Source of the DNA: Halomicronema hongdechloris C2206
GTDB lineage: Bacteria; Cyanobacteriota; Cyanobacteriia; Phormidesmidales; Phormidesmidaceae
Length of the DNA stretch: 32,000 nucleotides
Direction of reading: 5' to 3'
Assembly (NCBI RefSeq): GCF_002075285.3
Contig: NZ_CP021983.2
Location: forward strand, 3,510,001 to 3,542,000
Made by a program: the position numbers and the translations under genes. Shown here piece after piece: positions 25,869-32,000 of this stretch (positions are counted from its first letter, which is position 1; each line of letters opens with the position of its first letter). The notes below the pieces were generated by a model. That model saw only the letters and a program-made list of their open reading frames with translations. It had not been told where the DNA came from and made no database searches.

Positions 25869-27848
25869 CTAGGGGGCTTGGTCCTGCCATTCTTGCAGCC
25901 GCAGTTGGGCCTGGGCATAGGCTTCAGTGCGGGGTGGGATGCGTTGGGCAATTGCGATCGCACGGTTCAGGTCATAGCGGGCCTCGGTCTCGGCCACCCG
26001 CAGTAGATCCCAACTCCACTGGTTGGCGGCCCCCACTGCCGCAGCCGACTCACTGCTGTCAGCCGGTATCTGTTGGGCCAGATCGATAGCCTCCACCAGG
26101 GCATCTACGGTACCCTGCTGAGCCACCTGATAGGCCCGTTGCAACTGCTGTTGTCCCTGTACTTTGCGACGCCAGGCCTGAATCTCACCCTGAGCTTCAT
26201 CGTAGAGCACCCGGCCGGCCCCGATCCGGGCAGCCACCGTCACCGCCTCCGAGTATCGTCCAGCGTTGGCCAACTGCCGCGCCTGCCGCAATAGGGGCTC
26301 ATCTTCCTGCCGCTGAATTTGGGCAGTCCACTGATCAATTTGATCTTGGGCCTCACGGTAGAGGACTCGCCCCGGCTCAATCCGCCTCGCTTCTTGGATA
26401 GCCGTCCGTAGGGCCTGTAGATCGCCCCCCCGGGCCAGCCCCTTAGCCCGCTCTAAGATCGGCCCATCCTCAATGGTTTCAATCTGCCGCTGCCAGCGGT
26501 CGATTTGGCGCTCAGCCTCAGACCAAGCAGGGCTAGTGCGGGAAATCTGATCGGCCTCTGAGATGGCTGCCCGCAAATCACTGACAGTACCTGGATCAGC
26601 CAAGCGCCGGGCCCACTCCAGCTTAGACAGCCCCTCGATTTGACTCTGCCAGCGCTGCATTAAGCCCTGGGCGCGAGCATAGAGGGGCTGATCCTGACCG
26701 ATACTTTGTAACCGCTGAATCCCGGCTTCTAACCCTGCCACCGTATCTCGCCAGGCCAACTCATAGGCCTGGATAATCACATAGAAGTCGCTAATCTCCG
26801 CCCGCAGACCAGCCTCCCGGGGCACGAGGTTGAGTAGCTGAGTGGCGGTACTGGCATCTTCCCGCTTCAGTGCCGCTTCCGCAGCATCTAGGACCTCCCG
26901 GCCCAATTGCCGCAGCACCCGTTGGGCCTCACGGTGTAGGGGGCTGTCTGGATCGATGGAGGCAACTAATTTGAAGGCTTCCTGGAACCCTTCCAAGGTG
27001 CCGCGCTGGCCCAGACGACGAGCTTGCCCCAGGCGATTTAGGTCTTGGCGGGCCTGGGAAATCAATTGAGTCAGGGCTTCGTACTGGGTGGTTTCCCAGT
27101 AGTCATTACCCACAGAGAGTAGCTGAGTCGCCTTGGCGAAGGCTTCCCGGAAGTTTTTCTGCTCTAGCTCAGCTTGGGCTGCTTCATAGATGGCTTCCGC
27201 CTCTTCCCAAGTCTCCTTCCAGCGGCTAACCCGAGTCCGAACTTGCTGAGCCGCACTAGTGTCCTGGGGGATGCGCTGGGCAATGGCGATGGCCTGATCC
27301 AATTTTCCCTGGTGAAAGGTCTGCTCGGCCAGATCGAGAATTTGCTCGGCCCAGACTTCGATGCGCTCGTTAATCTCGGCTCGCAGGGGATGATCCTGGG
27401 GCAGGCCGTCGATCAGATCAATAGCTGCCAGCAGGCTGTCTACTTCACCCTGGGCGGCATAGGCATCGGCACACTGCAGCCGGGTTGAGGCGGAAGCAGT
27501 CGGCCAAAAAATGGCTCGGCAATTGGGCAGATTAGGGATACGAAACAGGCTGACAGCAGAGACAGCCCCCAAGCCAGCGAAGATAACAACTACCGTTAGA
27601 GCCGAGAGTTGCCAGTGGCGAGCTAGACGCTGCCAGAGAGAAGAGGAGTCGGAGGGAACAGGAGGAGCGGAATGCATTTGGCGATGTAGGCGGGCTATTT
27701 CGTCGCTGCCAGAGGTGTGGAGACGAGGGGCAGATGACGGCACCGTATAGGTTGAGCTGAGTCGCTGAGCCTTCCGAGGGCTGGGCCGCCGATGAGTGTC
27801 ACCGGCAGACCAATGGGCAGAATCACGGCGGTTGGACATAGAGATCAA
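25869..27848 (-). CDS. membrane-anchored helical-repeat protein, hypothetical
   Basis: 659 aa. Single TM 'LSALTVVVIFAGLGAVSAVSLF' after a basic/Ser-rich N-terminus. About eight ~60-70-aa alpha-helical repeats follow, each with a recurring 'A...I..W......E' pattern. Confidence 0.85.
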   Translation of the reverse strand: MISMSNRRDSAHWSAGDTHRRPSPRKAQRLSSTYTVPSSAPRLHTSGSDEIARLHRQMHSAPPVPSDSSSLWQRLARHWQLSALTVVVIFAGLGAVSAVSLFRIPNLPNCRAIFWPTASASTRLQCADAYAAQGEVDSLLAAIDLIDGLPQDHPLRAEINERIEVWAEQILDLAEQTFHQGKLDQAIAIAQRIPQDTSAAQQVRTRVSRWKETWEEAEAIYEAAQAELEQKNFREAFAKATQLLSVGNDYWETTQYEALTQLISQARQDLNRLGQARRLGQRGTLEGFQEAFKLVASIDPDSPLHREAQRVLRQLGREVLDAAEAALKREDASTATQLLNLVPREAGLRAEISDFYVIIQAYELAWRDTVAGLEAGIQRLQSIGQDQPLYARAQGLMQRWQSQIEGLSKLEWARRLADPGTVSDLRAAISEADQISRTSPAWSEAERQIDRWQRQIETIEDGPILERAKGLARGGDLQALRTAIQEARRIEPGRVLYREAQDQIDQWTAQIQRQEDEPLLRQARQLANAGRYSEAVTVAARIGAGRVLYDEAQGEIQAWRRKVQGQQQLQRAYQVAQQGTVDALVEAIDLAQQIPADSSESAAAVGAANQWSWDLLRVAETEARYDLNRAIAIAQRIPPRTEAYAQAQLRLQEWQDQAP

Positions 27849-28427
27849 GGAGACACAGCGACAGGACTCGACGATGCCAACTTAAGCAAGACTTTTCTAG
27901 GATGAGGGGTGCTCTAAGACACCCTAAAACTCAGAAACAGTATAACGAGCCCCCCTGTAAACGCAATCATCTAGCAATATTTGCTGACAGAAGGCAAGGC
28001 CCAGCAGCAGGCAAGATAAGCCGTCGCTGCCGTCAGCCAGCCTCATATGTAAATATCCATCGGCAGGCGTAGAAATCTATCCGCAACGCCAGTTAAGGTC
28101 GGCAATCGGACTCGGTCTCTGCTGGCGTAGTAGGTTACTCAGGGCTTATTGCTCCTGGGGCAGGCGATTGCCGCCGTAGCATCAGCCATCAGGGAGAAGA
28201 CACCTGAGACGCTAGAGGAATTAGCTGCAACCGACCTGCTAAGGGGGGGAGAGCACATCCCCAGCCGAGAATCGCTGATCATTGGGGATTGGCTCGCTCG
28301 ACATTGCTCGTCTCCAATTCACAGCAAATAAGAGATATTGCCCGCCCAGTCGGCCCCGCCCAGTCAGAATGGATGCGCCAGAGCCCAGGACCTGGGTTGA
28401 CTGACAAACCTTTAACTCGGGGCGGTT

Positions 28428-28452
28428 AACCCGCGTAGGCGGGTTTTCTTTG
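28428..28452 (+). terminator. rho-independent terminator candidate with no obvious upstream gene
   Basis: aacccgc (28428-28434), loop gtag, gcgggtt (28439-28445), then ttctttg. Confidence 0.5.
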
Positions 28453-28500
28453 TATAGGCGCGGCTTCTAGCCACCAGCCATGAGGTTTTTGTCCGTCAAT

Positions 28501-28626
28501 CATCGCCGAGACTCTGGCAGTCATCGTCGAGACTCTGGCAGTCGTCGCTGATATCTGGAGTCTCGCGGTCGAGACTTAAACAGTCACCGCTGACACTCTG
28601 GTAGTCATTGTTGACACTCTCAATGC
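28501..28626. repeat. 21-bp tandem repeat, 6 progressively diverged units
   Basis: catcgccgagactctggcagt / catcgtcgagactctggcagt / cgtcgctgatatctggagtct / cgcggtcgagacttaaacagt / caccgctgacactctggtagt / cattgttgacactctcaatgc. Confidence 0.9.
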
Positions 28627-28784
28627 TTCAGGCGAATGGCATCGCAGACCTGATCCAACAGCGTCAGGCGGCCCGGCAGCAACGCGACTTTGTAAAGGCG
28701 GATGATATTCGCGATCAGTTAGCGACGGTGGGGATTACGGTGGTTGACCAAACCAATGGAGAAGTCCATTGGCATCGACAGTGA
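28623..28784 (+). pseudogene. cysS: orphan 3' fragment of cysteine--tRNA ligase (last ~50 codons only)
   Basis: 'MLQANGIADLIQQRQAARQQRDFVKADDIRDQLATVGITVVDQTNGEVHWHRQ*' matches the remembered CysRS C-terminal pattern I..LI.QR..AR....F..AD.IRD.L...GI...D...G..W.R. No catalytic part lies upstream. Confidence 0.7.
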
Positions 28785-28805
28785 ATCAACGATAGCGCCA
28801 ACAGC

Positions 28806-29828
28806 CTAACTATCTAGCGGACTTCGCACTCCCCGTCCACCCCGATTCAGCACATTCAAAGGCATTTCAGACCTGACAATGTTGTCTCGTGCTCTGAAAT
28901 ACGAAATACCTTTGGTATAGATCATGGTGGTTTTCACATCTTTGTGTCCCAACAATTCTTGAATGGTGCGGATGTCGTAGTCGTTTTCCAGCAGGTGAGT
29001 TGCAAAGCTATGGCGAAGGGTATGACAACTGACGCGCTTTTGCACACCAGCTTGCCTGACGGCTCGTTTGATGGCTCGCTGCAATCCACTCTCATGAAGG
29101 TGATGACGATGCACAATGCCACTACGCGGATCTTTGGAAAAGCGCTCTGCCGGAAATACAAACTGCCAAATCCATTCACAGTCCGCGTGAGGATATTTGT
29201 GCTCTAACGCAAAAGGTAGATAAACCGAACCATAGCCCTGCGCCAAGTCTTGTTGATGCAACTGTCAAACGCTTTGCAAATGCTGTTGGAAATCTTCGAT
29301 CAGGCTGGTTGGCAACATGGTGATGCGACTTTCGCCCCCTTTCGCATTTCTCACTGTGATTTGCTGTTGAGAAAAATCCAGGTCTTTGATGCGAAGCCGC
29401 AGTGCTTCATTGAGTCTCAAGCCGCTACCGTAAAGTAATTTGGCCACCAATTGATAGACACCCGAGAGGTTTTGTAGCACTTCTGTGGCCTCTGTCGGAG
29501 TGAGGACAGTCGGTAGATGACGCGATCGCTTAGCTCGCACCGCATTAACATCTATCCCCAAATCCTGCTTCAAAACCTGGCGGTAAAGAAAAACCACCGC
29601 ATTGAGCGCCTGGTTCTGCGTTGAAGCCGAGACCTTACCCACCACTGCTAGATGGGTCAAAAACGCCTCTAACTCAGCTCCTCCCATCTCAGCGGGATGC
29701 CGCTTTTGATGGAACAAGATGTAGCGGCGAATCCAATAAACGTAGGTTTGCTCAGTGCGATAGGAATAGTGCTTTAGTCGGATTTGGTCTCGAACTTGAT
29801 CCAGTAGTTTTCGAGGTTGAGCTTCCAT
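28806..29828 (-). pseudogene. intI: integron integrase (IntI), inactivated
   Basis: '[24 protein letters not shown]', '[12 protein letters not shown]' and '[14 protein letters not shown]' are present. So is the IntI-specific segment '[44 protein letters not shown]', and the tail '[14 protein letters not shown]'. There is an in-frame TGA at 29265-29267 and a 57-nt insertion right after the catalytic-Tyr motif. Confidence 0.85.
28858..28913. repeat. small palindromic insertion inside intI
   Basis: aaaggcatttcag (28858-28870) pairs with ctgaaat[acgaaat]accttt (28894-28913). An inner hairpin gacaa-tg-ttgtc is present. The insertion is in frame, adding '[19 protein letters not shown]' between MIYT and (H->N)VLNRGG. 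Confidence 0.7.
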
Positions 29829-29878
29829 CAGTGGTAGACACAGTACACATGTATCTATCTTCACTCATGTTCAGTGCA

Positions 29879-30059
29879 ATATACTGAGAAAACTCGGCAG
29901 ATATACTGAAACTTTCAGTATATCTACCTAACATGAGCGTACTATATGGACAGCTTGCTGCCTATCCACTGTATTAGGCAGGATATACTGCAAGCAATCA
30001 GCCTATCCACCCTGTTTGAGGTAGATATACTGCAACTGTCGATCTAATAAGAGTTGGAC
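29879..30059 (+). promoter_or_regulatory. attI-like region with ATATACTG iterons, ending at GTTGGAC
   Basis: ATATACTG occurs at 29879, 29901, 29983 and 30025 (direct) and at 29916-29923 (inverted). A 25-bp perfect palindrome lies at 29900-29924. Two 41-bp direct repeats lie at 29960-30000 and 30001-30041. A GTTRRRY match lies at 30053-30059. Confidence 0.55.
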
Positions 30060-30908
30060 AGCGCTCGAACACGATCGTGAAACGCACAGTGCCCGATGAG
30101 AGAAGTGCTATCTGAACACCTAGCCACGTTCATCCGGTCCCTCCCGGAGAAGCGCGAGTACGCCCGCGACGATCTTCTCGTTCCTGCGCTGAAGGTCGCC
30201 GAGGATGCCGACAAGGGGCTTGCCGTGTACGACGCTCCGTTCGGCTGGGGCAACCAAGAAGCGCGTGTGGCCCTGATTGGCGTGACGCCGGGTTTCACCC
30301 AGATGCAGATTCTCTATCGCGTAGTGCGGAGGCACCTCCTGTTGGGTGCGAGCCCCGAAGACGCTTGCAGGTTGGCCAAGTACGAAGCCAGCTTTGGTGG
30401 CACCATGCGCGGGAATCTCGTTCGGATGCTGGACGAGCTCGGGGTGCCGGAACTCCTCGAGGTCGCATCCACCGCCGATCTCTTTGGTTCCAGTTCCCAT
30501 CTTCTGCACACCACTTCGGCTGTTCGGTACCCGACGTTCCTCCACGGGCAGAACTACACTGGCAGTCAGCCGCGGCTCGTGAGGTCCGCCTTCTTGATGC
30601 GATACGTTCGGGACGTTCTTGCGCCGGAGCTGTCCCGGCTCCATGCTGCAGTCTTCGTTCCACTCGGCAAGAGCGTCGCCGAGGCCTTGGAGCTACTGGA
30701 GACCGAGCAGCGCATCCCGGCTGGTCGAACGCTACATGGATTCCCACATCCATCGGGCGCGAACGGTCACCGCGCGCGGCAATTCGAGAAGGGGAAGCCC
30801 GCGATGAGGCGGCGGTTCGAGGAGATCTTGTGTGGAGGTGCCTCGGCGGGCGCTGTCCAACAACAGCATGCAGCGGACGGCGCTGCGCGCCGCCGCTGAT
30901 GCCACACG
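30054..30908 (+). mobile_element. integron gene cassette (855 bp)
   Basis: It starts with TTGGAC after G30053 and ends at G30908 of GTTATGC. R'' GTCCAAC (30855-30861) is the exact complement of G+TTGGAC. In sampled 60-nt lines the interior is 62-65% GC against 37-43% in the flanks. Confidence 0.7.
30096..30899 (+). CDS. UDG-superfamily-like protein (uracil-DNA glycosylase fold), cassette-encoded
   Basis: Motif-A-like 'VALIGVTPGF' (compare GxxPG). 'ASFGGTMRGNLVRMLDELGV', 'LLHTTSAVRYP' and 'VFVPLGKSVAEAL' follow. Motif-B-like 'HGFPHPSGANG' (compare HPS). The motif order fits the UDG fold. This is from memory and was not searched. Confidence 0.55.
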   Translation: MREVLSEHLATFIRSLPEKREYARDDLLVPALKVAEDADKGLAVYDAPFGWGNQEARVALIGVTPGFTQMQILYRVVRRHLLLGASPEDACRLAKYEASFGGTMRGNLVRMLDELGVPELLEVASTADLFGSSSHLLHTTSAVRYPTFLHGQNYTGSQPRLVRSAFLMRYVRDVLAPELSRLHAAVFVPLGKSVAEALELLETEQRIPAGRTLHGFPHPSGANGHRARQFEKGKPAMRRRFEEILCGGASAGAVQQQHAADGAARRR

Positions 30909-30914
30909 TTATGC
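30855..30914 (+). other. attC-like recombination site (60 bp)
   Basis: GTCCAAC-aaca-gcatGcagcgg-a-cggcg-ctgcg-cgccg-ccgctgatgc-cacac-GTTATGC. It has 10+5 paired positions with two unpaired bases (G30870, A30877) on the R''/L'' arm. It overlaps the ORF stop at 30897-30899. Confidence 0.6.
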
Positions 30915-30976
30915 GGCTTTAACTTTTGGTGGTGAGACGGTATTTGAAGGCTACTGACTAGATGATGCGAGTTTAG

Positions 30977-31023
30977 AAAAGTCATGGTGAGATAGATCGC
31001 TCTTAGCGAGGAATATGACTTTT
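30977..31023 (-). terminator. hairpin between convergent genes, likely terminator of the WYL gene
   Basis: aaaagtcat (30977-30985) / atgactttt (31015-31023) form a 9-bp stem with an inner tcgct-ctt-agcga. On the minus strand it is followed by ttttct. Confidence 0.45.
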
Positions 31024-31030
31024 GTATAGG

Positions 31031-31876
31031 TTATGTTAAAAAGTTGTAGTGCTCACAAAGCTTCTTCAACTTGCTTATTAATTGATTTTGTACGCTTGCA
31101 GGAGATAAAACTAGACATTCTTCCCCATAACGTAGGATCTCTCGAATAAACCAGAATGTATTTGATACACGTCTAACTATGTAGCGAGCATCGTCCTTTA
31201 CCTCATTGGTTATGTCATCTGGTTTAGGTTCATAAGCTTTTACCAACCTTCCCAATACTTGTAAGTGCACTTCGATATATTCAAGCCGATCTTGCCAACT
31301 GCCACTTGCTGGCAAGACGTTGATAATTCTATCTAAACGGAAGCAACGGTTATGGATTAGCTCGGGTAGATTCAAGCTACCCTCCGTTTCCTCACACCAT
31401 GCTTCTAGATAGAATCGCTTTTCCCAAAAGCGAATTTCGCCGTAGCGAACGGTAAATTCCATCTGTTTGTTTTGAGAGTCTTCATAAAACAGATGAAAAG
31501 GCTGTTTAGCTTTAATTTGCTGATCAATGACTCTACGCCATGATTCAGTAGGATGACTAACTTGTTCCAGCAGTGCCTGGCGTAAAGGTGTCTCTAAATT
31601 GCCATGTTCTAGTAGGAAAAGGGCCAAAGTCTGTGCATCGGCAATATGACCAGAATCAACCAATAGTCTTATAGCTTGTCTGATGGCTGTATTTTGACTT
31701 GGGTCAAGTGCAAGTACACTGCCAACCTCAAGTTGGTGTTGAGCGATCGCCACGACTAACCCTGAAATACTGGGTTTATCGCCCCACATAATGCCTAAGC
31801 CATCAGCTATTGCCTCTAACTGCTCTTTAGTTCCAGGTGGGATGGAAAGTGTGATTGTCTCCTTTCTACGCGCCAT
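31031..31876 (-). CDS. ribbon-helix-helix + WYL-domain transcriptional regulator
   Basis: The N-terminus 'KETITLSIPPGTKEQLEAIADGLG' is RHH/CopG-like. The WYL core is 'FTVRYGEIRFWEKRFYLEAWCEE...HNRCFRLDRIINV'. A C-terminal extension follows. Sampled lines give ~38-40% GC. Confidence 0.75.
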   Translation of the reverse strand: MARRKETITLSIPPGTKEQLEAIADGLGIMWGDKPSISGLVVAIAQHQLEVGSVLALDPSQNTAIRQAIRLLVDSGHIADAQTLALFLLEHGNLETPLRQALLEQVSHPTESWRRVIDQQIKAKQPFHLFYEDSQNKQMEFTVRYGEIRFWEKRFYLEAWCEETEGSLNLPELIHNRCFRLDRIINVLPASGSWQDRLEYIEVHLQVLGRLVKAYEPKPDDITNEVKDDARYIVRRVSNTFWFIREILRYGEECLVLSPASVQNQLISKLKKLCEHYNFLT

Positions 31877-32000
31877 TTTAGTTATACTTGCACCTTTCAG
31901 GAAATGTCGTTAGTATACATATATAGTCCATTCTCTCAAAATCTTACCTGAGTTTACTCAATTGTATCACCGTCTCAGTGAGGGATTCCCAGCATTACCC

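Noticed and set aside
25435-25890. ORFs 25435-25890 (-), 25639-25872 (+) and 25748-26089 (+) over the crtD/repeat junction.
   Set aside because: They run through purine-rich repeats and the hairpin element, and they overlap well-supported genes.
28149-28331. 60-aa ORF (TTG start) in the gap before the island.
   Set aside because: It has no recognisable motif and a weak start, and the region may be non-coding or an sRNA locus. There is insufficient support to call a gene.
28501-28626. 21-bp tandem array considered as a CRISPR array.
   Set aside because: The units are contiguous with no spacers, they diverge progressively, and no cas genes or leader are visible.
30044-30985. Multiple long ORFs in other frames and strands across the cassette (30120-30644, 30295-30753, 30365-30922 and others).
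   Set aside because: They are GC-rich shadow frames giving Arg/Pro/Ala-rich low-complexity peptides. Only 30096-30899 has fold-like motif order and fits the cassette boundaries.
30925-31042. A second attC (cTTTAAC at 30928-30934 paired with GTTAAAAAG near 31035), which would make the WYL gene a second, inverted cassette.
   Set aside because: The arms show little complementarity beyond the AAC/GTT cores. The right core lies inside the WYL coding sequence, and no attC-like site is visible beyond the WYL start before the window ends.

Overview
High-GC (about 60%) cyanobacterial chromosomal segment. The assignment rests on at least 15 hand-verified HIP1 octamers (GCGATCGC), STRR-like heptamer arrays in intergenic regions, and a ZipN/Ftn2 division gene. 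Most of the window is intact housekeeping: thrS (5' partial), thrB, gnd, an ECF sigma/anti-sigma/Spy-like module, a long ferredoxin-type sulfite reductase, zipN, pdhA, pdhB, secD, secF, a crtD-like desaturase and a large membrane-anchored helical-repeat protein. Two regions look accessory. (1) 3313-8808 (minus strand) is a co-directional paralog cluster. Its genes encode a PstS-like periplasmic binding domain, a TM helix, a low-complexity linker and an unrecognised ~125-aa C-terminal domain present three times. The cluster carries an unusual number of reading-frame breaks. (2) 28.4-32 kb is a low-GC island. It holds an orphan cysS 3' fragment, a decayed integron integrase (in-frame TGA plus a 57-nt palindromic insertion) and an attI-like iteron region. 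It also holds one high-GC cassette whose boundaries and 60-bp attC-like hairpin fit integron cassette logic. That cassette encodes a UDG-superfamily-like protein, and an RHH-WYL regulator follows at the window edge. A dispersed hairpin repeat occurs three times, once with a nested insertion, embedded in heptamer arrays. I saw no rRNA, tRNA or CRISPR array. All calls come from reading the sequence and ORF translations by eye. No database search was run, and family names are from memory.
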